DNA of 64,000 bases from assembly GCA_964016885.1 (NCBI GenBank), contig OZ024741.1, positions 48,484,001-48,548,000 of the forward strand. Reading direction: 5' to 3'. This DNA comes from Eledone cirrhosa (taxonomy: Eukaryota). Below the pieces are notes generated by a model. It searched no databases. It saw nothing but the letters and a program-made list of their open reading frames with translations, and was not told where the DNA came from. This document shows, piece after piece, positions 35,277 to 48,959 of the stretch. Positions within the stretch are counted from its first letter, which is position 1. Each line of letters opens with the position of its first letter. The translations under genes were made by a program, and so were the position numbers.

Positions 35277-37056
35277 TTGAAATATAATACGTGAATGTAA
35301 TAGATAAAATCCATGGGGCTGAAAATCGAGGACCCGAGGGCGACCGGTATTCTGCTCCTTCAACCTCAGCTGGTCGCCCTCGAGTGACGTGGCTAAAGTT
35401 TACAGTGTGCTACTACCGGTCAGATAAACGAAAACAGAAAGGGATGGGAACATAAGTTAGCGTCAATCTCATGCCACAAGATAAAAGAAAGAAAGAAAGG
35501 AAGGAGAGAGAAGAAGGGGGAAGGAAGAAGAAAAGCCAGGGCTAATGTCAGCTATAAGAAGAAAGACAACTACTACCGGTCAGATATAGGCAAACAAAAG
35601 GGGGAAGGAAGATAAGTCTGCGGGAGGAAGACAGGAAGAGGGGAGAAGAGAAGGAAGAGAAGAGAGAAGTAGAAAAGTAAGGGTTGATGGCTACAAGAAG
35701 GAAGATAGAAAGAAAGACGAAGAAAGGTCAATATTAATGTCAGACCACAGTCAGGCCAGGAGTGGCGCGAGAAAATTTTCACAGGGACCCGCATCTTAGC
35801 AGAGGTGAATATATTGGGAGTCAGTGTGTTACAATGTTTAGACTTATAGGATGAAGTTAAAAAATTAATAATCAATATTCAATATTAAAGAGGTTAGAAA
35901 ATTTAAAGTTAAACAGTTTAACATTTTCAGGTTGATATATCTAATAGTTCCGATTTGTTCTGTAATTTAAAGGTACTATGTGGCGGTTAAAACACCGGCC
36001 ACGCTCCGGGCCCCAGGACGAATTAAGCTACGCCGAGTATTTTCATTTACCGAAAGAAGGGGAAATTTATTTTTCCAAGCACTCCAGGTAAGCCCGTGCG
36101 CCAGGGGGTAATTTAAAGGTACTATGTGGCGGTTTCAACTTCATCCTATAAAGTTAAGCAATATTTTAAGGTTCCAACTTTCTGTCGGACTGTTGGGTGG
36201 GTTTTAATGGCGGTGCGACCAACCCCCTGGCGCACAGGCTTTTACCTGGAGTGCTTGGAAAAATAAATCTCCCCTTCTTTCGGTAAATGAAAATACTCGA
36301 CGTAGCTTAATTCGCCCTGGGGCCCGGAGCGCGGCCGGTGTTTTAACCGCCACATAGTACCTTTAAATTACAGATCAAATCGGAACTATTAGATATATCA
36401 ACCTGAAAATGTTAAACTGTTTAACTTTAAATTTTCTAACCTCTTTAATATTGAATATTGATTATTAATTTTTTAACTTCATCCTATAAGTCTAAACATT
36501 GTAACACACTGACTCCCAATATATTCACCTCTGCTAAGATGCGGGTCCCTGTGAAAATTTTCTCGCACCACTCCTGGCCTGACTGTGGTCTGACATTAAT
36601 ATCGACCTTTCTTCCTCTTTCTTTCTATCTTCCTTCTTGTAGCCATCAACCCTTACTTTTCTACTTCTCTCTTCTCTTCCTTCTCTTCTCCCCTCTTCCT
36701 GTCTTCCTCCCGCAGACTTATCTTCCTTCCCCCTTTTGTTTGCCTATATCTGACCGGTAGTAGTTGTCTTTCTTCTTATAGCTGACATTAGCCCTGGCTT
36801 TTCTTCTTCCTTCCCCCTTCTTCTCTCTCCTTCCTTTCTTTCTTTCTTTTATCTTGTGGCATGAGATTGACGCTAACTTATGTTCCCATCCCTTTCTGTT
36901 TTCGTTTATCTGACCGGTAGTAGCACACTGTAAACTTTAGCCACGTCACTCGAGGGCGACCAGCTGAGGTTGAAGGAGCAGAATACCGGTCGCCCTCGGG
37001 TCCTCGATTTTCAGCCCCATGGATTTTATCTATTACATTCACGTATTATATTTCGA

Positions 37057-37114
37057 ATACCTGATGATATCACCGGATTCATACGGAACCCGGTCATTGA
37101 AATGATCATAGTAT
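37057..37114 (+). ncRNA. Type-I hammerhead (right arm)
   Basis: Identical to 35219-35276; aataaa at 37115-37120. Confidence 0.75.
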
Positions 37115-37181
37115 AATAAACCTTTCAAGGATTTACACAAATCCAGCCTCCTGTCATTTCATTACATATATATATATATAT

Positions 37182-37686
<505 letters not shown>

Positions 37687-37708
37687 CATATATATATATG
37701 TATATATG

Positions 37709-37784
<76 letters not shown>

Positions 37785-37785
<1 letters not shown>

Positions 37786-38414
37786 GTAACGTACATATCC
37801 ATTTCTTCTCAACTCTCCACATTCGGTTCATTCATCTATATATCTTACAATCCCCCAGAATCAAAAAAATCATATTCAAAATTGGCTTTCTATAATTCTG
37901 TTCTGTCTCACCGTTGTTCTAAAAATAATTCTGCTCCTCGCATCTATATATCTTACAATCCCCCAGAATCAAAAATCATGTTCATAATTGTTTGTCTTTC
38001 TACAATTCTAAATAATATTCCTGCAACCATTTTGTCCGAAAAAAGAAATTATGCCAGGTTAAATTAGGGATTGCCCTCTCTCTCTCTTGGCCTGCTGAAA
38101 TCGCCTCTCACCCCCTCACTCTCTCTATCATATACGCTGGTCTCACACTCCTCCTCACTCCTTGCCAACCAAATATAAATAAGCCATGCTACAGAGGACT
38201 AAACCCAGAATTTGTCTCCTATTATTGATGGTCGCTTGTTCAGTTTTCTTCTACGAAATGTAACGTACATATCCATTTCTTCTCAACTCTCCACATTCGG
38301 TTCATTCATCTATATATCTTACAATCCCCCAGAATCAAAAAATCGTATTCAAAATTGGCTTTCTATAATTCTGTTCTGTCTCACCGTTGTTCTAAAAATA
38401 ATTCTGCTCCTCGC
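37785..38414 (+). repeat. About 155-bp direct repeat (37785-37942, 38259-38414) upstream of RTE copy C
   Basis: Direct inspection; may be the LINE 5' UTR or a separate element. Confidence 0.8.
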
Positions 38415-38567
38415 AAACTACCCCATACCCCCCCCCCACTCTCCACCTTATTATTTGGACCAATCACAAGTAAACGACCTATGCTAGCTCTTCTGGTTGC
38501 TTTTTCGATATGATGGATGAACTAGGGAATATCTGGAGAGTCAGAAGAATCTGGACACCCGAAGACA

Positions 38568-41500
38568 ATGCATAAGATAACGACAAATTCACCTCATGCT
38601 GCCGGACGAAAGGGCAAAGCCCCACCCTCTTTGTTGCGGCCGCGGATGGCCAACATAACCCCAACCCCATCAACCACACCCCTCCCTGCACCCCACCCAC
38701 CAAACGCAATCCAAAACTTCAGAGTTGGTACCATGAATGTGGGGACCTTAAAAGGCCGCTCAAACGAGGTTGTAGAAATGCTTGAACGTAAGGAGGTTGA
38801 TGTCTGCTGCATCCAAGAGACCAGGTGGAGGGGCGGGTCTGCTAGATTCATTGTGGGTAAAAAACGATGCTATAAGTTTTTCTGGGTGGGAAATGACAAT
38901 GGGCTGGGTGGGGTAGGAATCATGTTAGCAGAAAAATGGGTGGATAAGATAATAGATGTAAATAGAGTAAACGACAGAATAATTAAAATAAGACTTGTTC
39001 TAAATAGAACTACTGTGACGATAATATCTGCGTACGCACCCCAATCCGGACTGCCTGGCGCTATAAAAGACACTTTCTATGAGACACTGATGCTCACTAC
39101 CTCCCAAATAACCGACAGTGACTATATAATTATTGCTGGCGACCTAAATGGTCACGTTGGACAACATTGTGACGGCTATGATGAAATCCATGGAGGCTAT
39201 GGTTTTGATACTAGAAATGAGGAAGGCTCCAGAATCCTGGAATTCTGTGACGCAAATAACCTAACAATCTGTAACACTAACTTCAAAAACGAGACAATCA
39301 CTTGATCACCTACAGATCAGGGGAACATACCAGCCAGGTAGATTATATCCTTACCAGAAGACGTGACAGAGTGACTGTTGTAAACACTAAATCCCCGCCG
39401 CCCCCCCCCCACCCCACCCCATGAAGAATGCACCTCCCAACATAGACTGATAATTAGCGACCTCATAGTCAGGACGAGACGTACTCGGCAGCAGAAGAGG
39501 ACTATCCTCAGGAGAAAAATATGGAAGCTAAAGGACCCCACAGCCAGAAATAAATTTCAAAGCATATTACTTGACGCTTTCGACAGTAAGGAAGAGCATT
39601 TAGAGTCGGACAATATAGAGGGACAGTGGGAATTCCTGAAAGCAAACCTGCTGATGGCGGCAGACGAAGTCTGTGGCCGGAGCAGGCCTATAGGCAGGAG
39701 GAGAGTAACATGGTGGTGGAACAGTAAGGTGGAGGAGTCGATTAAGGCCAAAAAGTAGGCTTGGAAAATATGGCGGGATGGAGGAAGTAGAGAAGACTAT
39801 CAAGTGGCCAGGAGGGAAGCTAGGAGACAAGTGTACTTTGCAAGAAAGGAAGCAGAGGAAAGAAAGTTCAAGCATGTTCTACAACGCGAGGACCAAAAAC
39901 GTGAGGTGTTCAGGATTGCTAGGCAATGTGTCAAGGAAAACCGTGATATTGTTGGGGAGAAGTGTGTACTAAATGATGATGGCGTACTCGCCATCACTGA
40001 CGCTGATAAGAAGGTCGCTTGGAAGTGTCACTACGAGAGGCTACTAAATGAGGAGAATAAATGGGAGAAGGATAGTCTCCCCCAGATCGATCCAATAGAG
40101 GGACCAGCAGTGTTAGTTGAAGGTAGTATAATAAGTAAGGCGATCAAAGATATGAAGACGGGTAAGGCGGCTGGGCCTTCGGAAATAGTCGCTGAGATGC
40201 TGAAGGCCTCTGGAACGGTGGGACACACCATGGTCACCCGGATAGTAAACCAAGTCATACAGAATGGGGTTGTTCCGAAGGACTGGCGTAGCAGCATCAT
40301 CATTAACTGTTACAAGGGTAAAGGAGACGCCCTAGATAGGAGTAACTATAGAGGGATTAAATTAATCGACCAGGTCATGAAGGTCACGGAAAAAGTAATA
40401 GTGCAACTAATCAGAGAGAGAATTGACCTAGATGAAATGCAGTTCGGGTTTGTGTCAGGCAAAAGTACCACAGACGCTCTTTTCATAGTACGACAACTAC
40501 AGGAGAAGTACCTAGCTAAAGGTAAACCCCTATACTTAGCCATTGTCGACTTGGAGAAAGCCTTCGACAGAGTCCCCCGTTCCATTATCTGGTGGGCTCT
40601 TAGAAAACTAGGTGTTGACGAATGGCTTGTGAGAGCTATACAAGCCATGTATAAAGAAACAGTCAGCAAGGTTAGAATTAACGACGAATATAGTGAAGAG
40701 TTTAGCGTAAAAGTTGGTGTCCATCAGGGCTCTGTTCTTAGCCCCCTACTATTCATTATTGCTCTTCAGGCTATAACAGAGGAGTTCAAGACCGGCTGCC
40801 CATGGGAACTCCTATACGCAGATGACCTAACGCTCATAGCTGAATCAATGGCCGAGCTAGAGAAGAAATTCCAAACATGGAAGCACGGCCTAGAATCAAA
40901 AGGCCTTAAAATTAACATGGCTAAGACTAAAGTTCTAGTTTGTAGGAAAGAAAATAAGGCGCCGGTCCCTTCCGGGAAATGGCCATGCTCAGTGTGTAGG
41001 AAAGGCATAGGTAGAAACTCCATTTTATGTCCCAAATGCAAAGTATGGGTGCATAAAAGATGTAGTGGGATCACAGGTAAGCTAACTAAGAACACAGATT
41101 TTACATGTGGCCGGTGCTCTGGTGCAATAAGTAGCAGCAAGTGCCCACAAAATACTAGCTCTTTCAACTGCGCAGAGGGTTCTATAGAAATAGTGGACAG
41201 CTTCCGTTACCTGGGTGACAAAATCAGCAATGGGGGAGGGTGCTCCGAAAGTACAGTAGCTAGAGTCAGAACTGGATGGAAAAGGTTCAGAGAGCTTATA
41301 CCACTATTAGCCGCTAAAGGGTTCTCCCTAAAAGTGAAAGGCAGGTTGTATGATGCCTGCATATGAACAGCAATGTTGCATAGCAGTGAGACCTGGGCAT
41401 TGTGTGCAGAGGATATACGCAGACTAGAGAGGAATGAAGCTTGCATGCTCCGCTGGATGTGTAATAGTAATATACGCGAACGGCAAAGCATAAACGAACT

Positions 41501-42152
41501 AAGGAAAAAATTAGAAATAAGAGGGATCAGATGTTGTTTACTCGAGAGAAGGCTACGTTGGTATGGTCACGTGATGCGCATGAAAGACGACAGCTGTATA
41601 ACAAAGTGCAGGGCAATAAAGATAGATGGTAGCCACGGAGTAGGCAGACCCAGAAAAACCTGGGACGAGCTGATAAATTCCGACCTCACACACTTACACC
41701 TCTCCAAGACAATGTCACTGGACCGAGACCTTTGGCGGTACTCAGTAACAGAGAAGACCCGCGTTACCTAAATACAAAGTAAAACCTACTACAGTCAGTA
41801 GGCATCTCTAACAAAATACACCCCCGTCCCACCACCCCCACCCCATCCACACCGCCCCTTTCAATGTAAAGTTATGTTGGTGCCACAAAATCTAGGCCGA
41901 AACAAATGAGATCGTGTAGGTGTCACGAAAAAAAAACACACAGTCCACGCTGTAATGTGACCGTGTAGGCAACACGGTAAAAACGTCCCAGTCCCACACT
42001 GTAAATGCGGTTGGTGTTAGGAAGGGCATCCAGCTGTAGCAAGCCCGCCAGACAGTCCTATGCGAGCAAGACAACCACTCTTGCTTCAAGTGGGAAAACT
42101 CCCGTCCAAACCCATGCAAGCATGGAACACGGACGTTAAACGATGATGATGA
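38568..42152 (+). mobile_element. RTE LINE copy C, near full length but disabled
   Basis: APE (GTMNVGTL, IQETRW, AGDLNGHVG), RT (YADD), PHD-like finger, 3' UTR, (GAT)n; frameshift near 39290, C-run insertion near 39400, stops near 39756 and 41364. Confidence 0.95.
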
Positions 42153-42164
42153 TATGTATATATA

Positions 42165-42234
<70 letters not shown>

Positions 42235-42312
42235 CATATACATATATATATATATATTACATATACATATATATATAAATATACATATATATATAAATAT
42301 ACATATATATAC

Positions 42313-42361
<49 letters not shown>

Positions 42362-42416
42362 GATACATATATATATATATATATATATACATATATACAT
42401 ATATATATATACAAAC

Positions 42417-42447
<31 letters not shown>

Positions 42448-42572
42448 CATACATATATATATACACATATATATATACACATATATATATATACATACAT
42501 ATATACATATATATATATACATATATATATATACATATATATATATACATATATATATATACATATATATAT

Positions 42573-42620
<48 letters not shown>

Positions 42621-42622
42621 AT
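42153..42622. repeat. (TA)n/(TACA) microsatellite
   Basis: Direct inspection. Confidence 0.95.
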
Positions 42623-42656
42623 AGAAAATTGCAAACTTGACTGTCACCACATATTA

Positions 42657-42695
42657 TGAACCTGAAGATTGCGAAAACATGAAAGTACTTGTTCA
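42657..42695 (+). ncRNA. Minimal type-I hammerhead in a about 230-bp TA-flanked fragment (42623-42857)
   Basis: TGAAC-CTGAAGA-TTGcgaaaaCAT-GAA-AGTACT-T-GTTCA. Confidence 0.75.
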
Positions 42696-42908
42696 ATTAA
42701 CACTTAACATTTAATATTCTATCATACTATTTCATTCTAATACCATTATAAATTTTAAAGGATTGTAAATAAAACGAGTAAATCAGACAAAGTTGGAATT
42801 CCTCTTATTAATATAATCTTCTATACACAATCATACACACCCGTGTATATTTACCTATCTATATATATATACATATACATATATATATATATATAACAAT
42901 ATATATAC

Positions 42909-42939
<31 letters not shown>

Positions 42940-42962
42940 ACAATATATATATATATATAACA

Positions 42963-43036
<74 letters not shown>

Positions 43037-43058
43037 ACATATATATATATATATAACA

Positions 43059-43102
<44 letters not shown>

Positions 43103-43302
43103 GTACACGTACATACATATGTGTATACCGACGTACAGTAGTATGTATATATATATATACATACATGCACACATATATATATGCACGTATGGATTCACCG
43201 AACATTTATTATAATGCTCGGTGTGTTTGTAAACAAACATCCCGTATTAAGCCGTAGTGTCTAGCAACCACGGTTGCTCGTTTGTTCAACACTGACAAAG
43301 GA

Positions 43303-43345
43303 ACGCTGTACTAGTTTCAAGCTTGTTAGCTATCGTCAGCAACGT
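43303..43345 (-). ncRNA. Minimal type-I hammerhead (unit 1)
   Basis: ACGTTG-CTGACGA-TAGCTaacaAGCTT-GAA-ACTAGT-A-CAGCGT. Confidence 0.82.
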
Positions 43346-43724
43346 ATACCTTCCTGCCAGATTGTTGAACGTATATACTTACCTTATGCATATTAACGGC
43401 TGAGTAGCCCAATTTGCATATCGAGTGGGTTAATCGGCCGGGTGCACCGAAAACGATAAACGGAAAAAATGAAACGATATTTCATTTCCCACTCTTAGTA
43501 CGGATGTTACTTAAATATAAGTATGTACACATACATACATATATGTATACCGACGTACAGTAGTATGTATATATATATATACATACATGCACACATATAT
43601 ATATGCACGTATGGATTCACCGAACATTTATTATAATGCTCGGTGTGTTTGTAAACAAACATCCCGTATTAAGCCGTAGTGTCTAGCAACCACCGTTGCT
43701 CGTTTGTTCAACACTGACAAAGGA

Positions 43725-43767
43725 ACGCTGTACTAGTTTCAAGCTTGTTAGCTATCGTCAGCAACGT
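43725..43767 (-). ncRNA. Minimal type-I hammerhead (unit 2)
   Basis: Identical to 43303-43345, offset 422. Confidence 0.82.
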
Positions 43768-43862
43768 ATACCTTCCTGCCAGATTGTTGAACGTATATAC
43801 TTACCTTATGCATATTAACGGCTGAGTAGCCCAATTTGCATATCGAGTGGGTTAATCGTGTA

Positions 43863-43895
<33 letters not shown>

Positions 43896-43900
43896 TATAC

Positions 43901-43942
<42 letters not shown>

Positions 43943-43948
43943 TACACG

Positions 43949-43999
43949 AGTTTCAGAAGACCCCACTTGGGGTGAAAGCAGTAATTTATTGCTTAGACT
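43949..43999 (+). ncRNA. Hammerhead-like motif, CAGAAGA core variant (second, diverged copy)
   Basis: AGTTT-CAGAAGA-CCCCacttgGGGT-GAA-AGCAGTAattTATTGCT-T-AGACT. Confidence 0.55.
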
Positions 44000-44030
44000 T
44001 TTAATCTGTACTAATAATATATATATATAT

Positions 44031-44420
44031 GAAGGTGCATGACTCAGTGGTTAGAGCATTGGACTTGCAATCGAAAGGTTGTCAGTTCAATTCTCGGACC
44101 GGGTGATGTGTTGTTTCCTTGAGCAAGACACTTTATTTCACATTGCTCCAGTTTACTCAGCTGTAGAAATGAGATGATAGGACTGGGGTCCCTATCATTC
44201 AATTGCAAAGTGGACGTGTAGGTGCCATGGAAAAAAAAGCACCCAGCACTCACTGTAAATGAGGTTGGTGTTAGGAAAGGCATCCAGCTGTAGAAATCAA
44301 GCCAGAATTAATTCCATATGAGCAAGGCATGGTCACCTGACCTGCATTGCCAACAACAGGACAATCTGTCTAACCCATGCTAGCATGGAAGAATGGACGT
44401 AAAACGTTGATGATGATGAT
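44031..44420 (+). mobile_element. SINE family B, full length
   Basis: tRNA-like head (cagtggttagagc..gttcaattc), CORE-like ccttgagcaagacacttt, tail homologous to the RTE 3' UTR, (GAT)n. Confidence 0.9.
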
Positions 44421-44665
44421 ATGATGATTGTGATATGCCAATGTTGATGATTTTTGCTGTATGAAATGGTACAGCATAGGCCTTGTAAAAACTTGGTGGC
44501 AGTGTAAGTATAATCTTAGGACTTAGATTTTTAGCCCTAATTCCCTCATGATCGTTATATATTATGTATCAACCTCTTTGATATATATATATATCAATCA
44601 CTTTTGATATGTGTATATAATGTATGTGTGAAATAATTCTCTCTCCGAAATGATTTTAGTGTCAT

Positions 44666-44883
44666 TTAACCCTTTAATGTTCAAACCGGCCAAAACTCTC
44701 TACCTTTTTCTGTTGAAACCGGCTGTAACTGGTCACTCAAACTGATGTTAAGGTATTGTTCTGAAAATAAATACTTTCAAAATCTCATAGATTCGATATT
44801 ATGTGAGATAATTATGCGAGGTAAAGCCTTTACCATGAAAATATAATAGTAAATATAGAGTAATGTGAATGTTAAAGGGTTAA
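44666..44883. mobile_element. piggyBac-like MITE
   Basis: TTAA at both ends; TIR CCCTTTAAtgTTCA / TGAAtgTTAAAGGG. Confidence 0.75.
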
Positions 44884-45668
44884 TGTCTTACTAAATAAGT
44901 TTAATATTAGAATATCAGATATCAATTTTCACAATTTATGTATCGTACTACCCTCCCAAAAGTCGGGGAACATGCTGCTAACATCCTAAGTCCCTGTTTC
45001 TTTTTCATCCCCTACCACCATCTTTCTTTTAAACTCTCTCCCACCACCTCTCTTCTAAACTCTTCCCACCACCTCTCTTCTAAACTCTCTCTCACAGATT
45101 ATTCCTGAATTTAAGGTCAACATACTTTATTGAGTTCAGAGAATCAAATATATTGGTCAATGTACATATGACACTCACAACAACATGACCTTTTGTGGAA
45201 AACATAAAATTTCACAGCAATTGTTTTTTGAATGATAATGTTATGTACATAAATTTGATTGTTTATTGGGTTGTACAAAGAACATTTAACAACAAATAAT
45301 ATTTATATATATCTTAATTTACAATTTCTTCATTCCTTTTCTGCTATCACTTTCCACCACCATTTCTACATTGTAGTTGAGTTAAAGTCACCCAGAAATA
45401 ATTGCTTCCTTTGTTTCATTTGTTCTAGTTATATTTAAAATGTTATCAAGGCATTTCATGAAAAAGGTCTTTATATAAACTAAGGTAAGAGGCCTGTATG
45501 TCCTTGACACTGACATATCTGTTGTTGTCCATTGTTGTTACTTGACAAAGGGATGTTGAATGTGTTTCAGCTTAAGCTGTTTGTGTTTGTGTAAATATTA
45601 ATGTTCCTTCATTTTAAAACACAAGCTTGCTGCATATAATTTGCAATCTTTTTTCATTCATTCTTATC

Positions 45669-45890
45669 GGATTGGCAGTATTGGTAGAACGTCGGACACC
45701 ATGCTTTGCAACATAGAGTTATGGCCCTTTACATTCTGAGTTCAAATCCCTCTGAAGTTAGCTTTGTTTTTCACCCTTACGGGGTTGATAAAGTATAGTA
45801 CCAGTAATGCACTGGGGTCGATTTAATCGACTTTCTCCTCCCCCCAAATAGCTGGCCTTGTGCCAAATGTACAAATGTAGAAACAATTAT
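45669..45890 (+). mobile_element. SINE family A
   Basis: Full-length match. Confidence 0.88.
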
Positions 45891-46033
45891 TTCATGTTAA
45901 ATACATCTTTTGAAGATCTTATAACTTTAGCCTGTTTCTCTTCCAATCATCATGTTATAGGCTTAGAAAATGTTTTCAAAGAATACTTTGATGTAATAAT
46001 CTAATCTGTATTGATGTTGTTAGTAAAACCAGA

Positions 46034-46200
46034 AATAATTGTTTCTGACATAGGTACAAAACTAGAAATTTGGTGTGGGTGGAGGTTTAGTTAATTAAAT
46101 CTACCCCACTACCTAATTGGCACTTTATTTTAACGACCCTGGAAGGATTAAATCCACAGCTGTTATTAATGAAATTTAAATTCAGAATGTAAAAATCTGG
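46034..46200 (-). mobile_element. SINE family A-related, old copy
   Basis: ataattgtttct..ggcactttattttaacgaccc..aaggat. Confidence 0.55.
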
Positions 46201-46914
46201 AATAAATACAACCCATGCAAGTGTGGAAGATGGACGTTAAACGATGATGATGATGATGATGATGATGACGACCACAAGGTATTTTGTCTGATTCTGTAAT
46301 GATTCTGCCAAACCTTGTGAAGTCAGAAATAACACAATTTAGTTATGTTTGTACTTTTGTTTACACCAGTTTTAACAAATGTTTTTTATGTTTCCATTTT
46401 ATGTCTTATAACTTAGTAGTTCAACAAATAGAGATTGATTTATTGATTAGCAGACTAAAATAAGTACTGGACTCAATATGATTGACTAAATCCTTTGTTT
46501 TTATATTGATTTTCTGTGGAGGAAAGGTCTTTGCTGAAGTTGTTTGCAGGTGAAGTTAACATGGTACTTCTTGAATAGTTGCTAGAGGATGTCTGCAGGG
46601 ATGACATGTGAAGAGGGAATTCCAGAGATTTGATAGTTCTCTGGAGGAAGTATTAGTGCCCAGGGGGAAGGGGGATTAAACACAATATTAGTGATAAGAG
46701 GAGGAAAGATGAGGAAGTTAGGAGTGCCTGACTAGATGTGGCACAAGACCAAATATCTCTAAGATGCAGAGGCCACTTGAATATGCTGCCTTAGATGGTT
46801 GACCCCAGTAAAAGAATAAAAGTTAAATTACTGAGGTGTGAGACAGTACCATGTATGGAATTAGTTTGAAGCATAAGTCAAGCTTAAGATAAAGAAGTGG
46901 ATGCATGATTAGGG

Positions 46915-47030
46915 AGCAGTTTGGCCGAGTCAGTAGAGTATTGGATATTTGTTCTATATCTCTGTGTTCTGAGTTCAAATCCCATGAAGTTCCACTTTAT
47001 TTTTCATCCTTTCAGAGTCGATAAAATACC
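46915..47030 (+). mobile_element. SINE family A-related, old copy
   Basis: ctgagttcaaatccc..tttcatcctttcagagtcgataaaat. Confidence 0.6.
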
Positions 47031-47854
47031 AGCTCAGTACTGAGGCAGTCTTTTTATCTGCCAGCTGTTGTTTCTTGAATGTTCCACCAGATCAAGGGAA
47101 GGTTGGTTGAGAGGATATCTTTGTCTGCCCACGACTGCGTGGGCACCTAAAACCCTTAGCATGGTAAATACTACCAAATCATACTCTATTGTCAGTGACA
47201 GCTGTAGTTTTTGCTTTAGTAGATGCTTGATTAATTGTACCACTGGCAAGAGGGGGATTTAAATATATTTGTTGTTAGCTCTCATTGTTTTGCTTCCACT
47301 GTTTACTACATATTTTACGGCAAACTCTATGTAATGGTTTATTTTGTTGGTACAGATATTTTCCAATAGGTCACACTCATGTTTTGCTAATCATTTAATT
47401 GCCAAATGATATTTTCCATTCACCCTGAAACAATCTAATATTTGTTTCCCACATAACAAACAATCTGGCCTGATCCAGCATTAGCAAAACTTTCGATTTG
47501 TATTAGAACAACAACAAAAAAATTGTGTTCGATCAATTAGAGAAATTAAAACTACTAATTCTGGTAATTAGCTACATGCTATTTTTGTAATTACTATTAG
47601 ACATAACATTTTCAGTCATAATTCTTCCAGTCAGTCATAATTTGAGATGGTCCTAGTGAATATAGTATCAGACAACAGGCTCATCCTTTGTGGGTTTAGT
47701 TAAGATTAATTCATTTTATTGGGTTTACGTCCTAGTCTTTCGATGTTTGTTTTTCAGAAAATGATTAACTAGATTTAGCTGATCATACAAAATAGTTTTC
47801 CTTTATATTTTTCTGTCTGCAGTTGCCATATTTAATTATCATCTTCATCTTATT

Positions 47855-48267
47855 GTGATAAAATGTACCCAGTCCATAGTGTGGTGGTGCTGGGTGCCAT
47901 GATAAAATGTACCCAGTACACTCTGTAATGTGGTAGTGCTGGTGTCATGATAAAATGTACCCAGTACACTCGGCAATGTAGTAGTGCTGGTGCCATGATA
48001 AAATGTACCCAGTACACTCTGTAATGTAGTAGTGCTGGTGCCATGATAAAATGTACCCAGTACACTCTGTAATGTGGTAGTGCTGGTGCCATGATGAAAT
48101 GTACCCAGTACACTCTGTAAAGTGGCTAACATTAGGATTGGCATCCAGCCATACATCCCATGCCAAAAATTGAATGTATAAGCAAGATAGGTTCTGCCAC
48201 TCATCCAATTTTAAAACTTGACAACCCATCCAACCCTTGCCAACACGGAAAACAGACATAAAATGAT
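47855..48267 (+). repeat. 48-bp minisatellite (about 5.5 units) running into a family B / RTE-type tail
   Basis: Period 48 at 47899, 47947, 47995, 48043, 48091; followed by ttaggattggcatccagc..aacccttgccaacacggaa. Confidence 0.85.
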
Positions 48268-48959
48268 ACTCTACCCTCATCTCTGCTATTTGTAATGATT
48301 GTGATCATATACCCAACAGCAAATGATGGGTATATATTTAATCTTTGCTCCTAACCGTATTATTATTCCTAAGTTTATTCAAGTGACAATGTAGCAACCA
48401 TTATTTGTTCAACAAGATGATCTCTTTGTAATTTTAATTTCCTCTTATTTGCTCTTCTCACAATAAGTATATTAATTAGTCTCTTACATTAACTATCAGG
48501 TGTCAGAAATTAGAATATTTCCAAAGAAATGCTACTAAATTATCTATAATATTCTGCTTGTGACAGTATTAAGTGATATACTTTAAATTACCTTAATTAT
48601 GAAATGAAATCAAAGACAATCAAAATCTTTAATATTTTAAAACAATATTATGAAGATTTATAAATCTATGCATCAAAATTAAAAAAAATATATATATAAG
48701 GGTCCAGCCCGTGCTAGCAGGAAAAGCTGACATTTAAACGATGATGATGATGATAAAAGGGTGAATTTCCATGGGTCCTGCTAGCATCTTTTATCTTTTA
48801 GCTGTTCCAGTTGATATGCAGAACATTTGAAGTTGATTTGTATTATATGGCAGTTAAAGAGGTTGAGATGTATATACCTTACATTAGGTCTCTCATCCAC
48901 TATATTCCCATTAAATTTTCTTTTGTCTTGCTGAGGGTGATAAACCTTCTAGTGCTAAT

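Larger units (their letters stand above)
35026..37164. mobile_element. ORF-less fold-back element: about 940-bp inverted arms (35169-36109 / 36222-37164), hammerhead near each outer end
   Basis: Near-identical reverse-complement arms, 112-bp spacer; left arm has an extra 3' extension 35026-35168; TA tracts on both sides. Confidence 0.9.
43095..43858 (-). mobile_element. Retrozyme-like tandem repeat, 422-bp period, 1.8 units, one hammerhead per unit
   Basis: 43095-43436 matches 43517-43858 with about 3 substitutions; no credible ORF; TA-flanked. Confidence 0.8.

Noticed and set aside
35573-36760. Paired 100-aa ORFs in the palindrome arms
   Set aside because: Non-ATG start, composition driven by a pyrimidine tract, no recognisable domain.
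44031-44105. tRNA gene (also the heads of SINE family A)
   Set aside because: Only box A/B-like similarity, no complete cloverleaf, and fused to SINE bodies.
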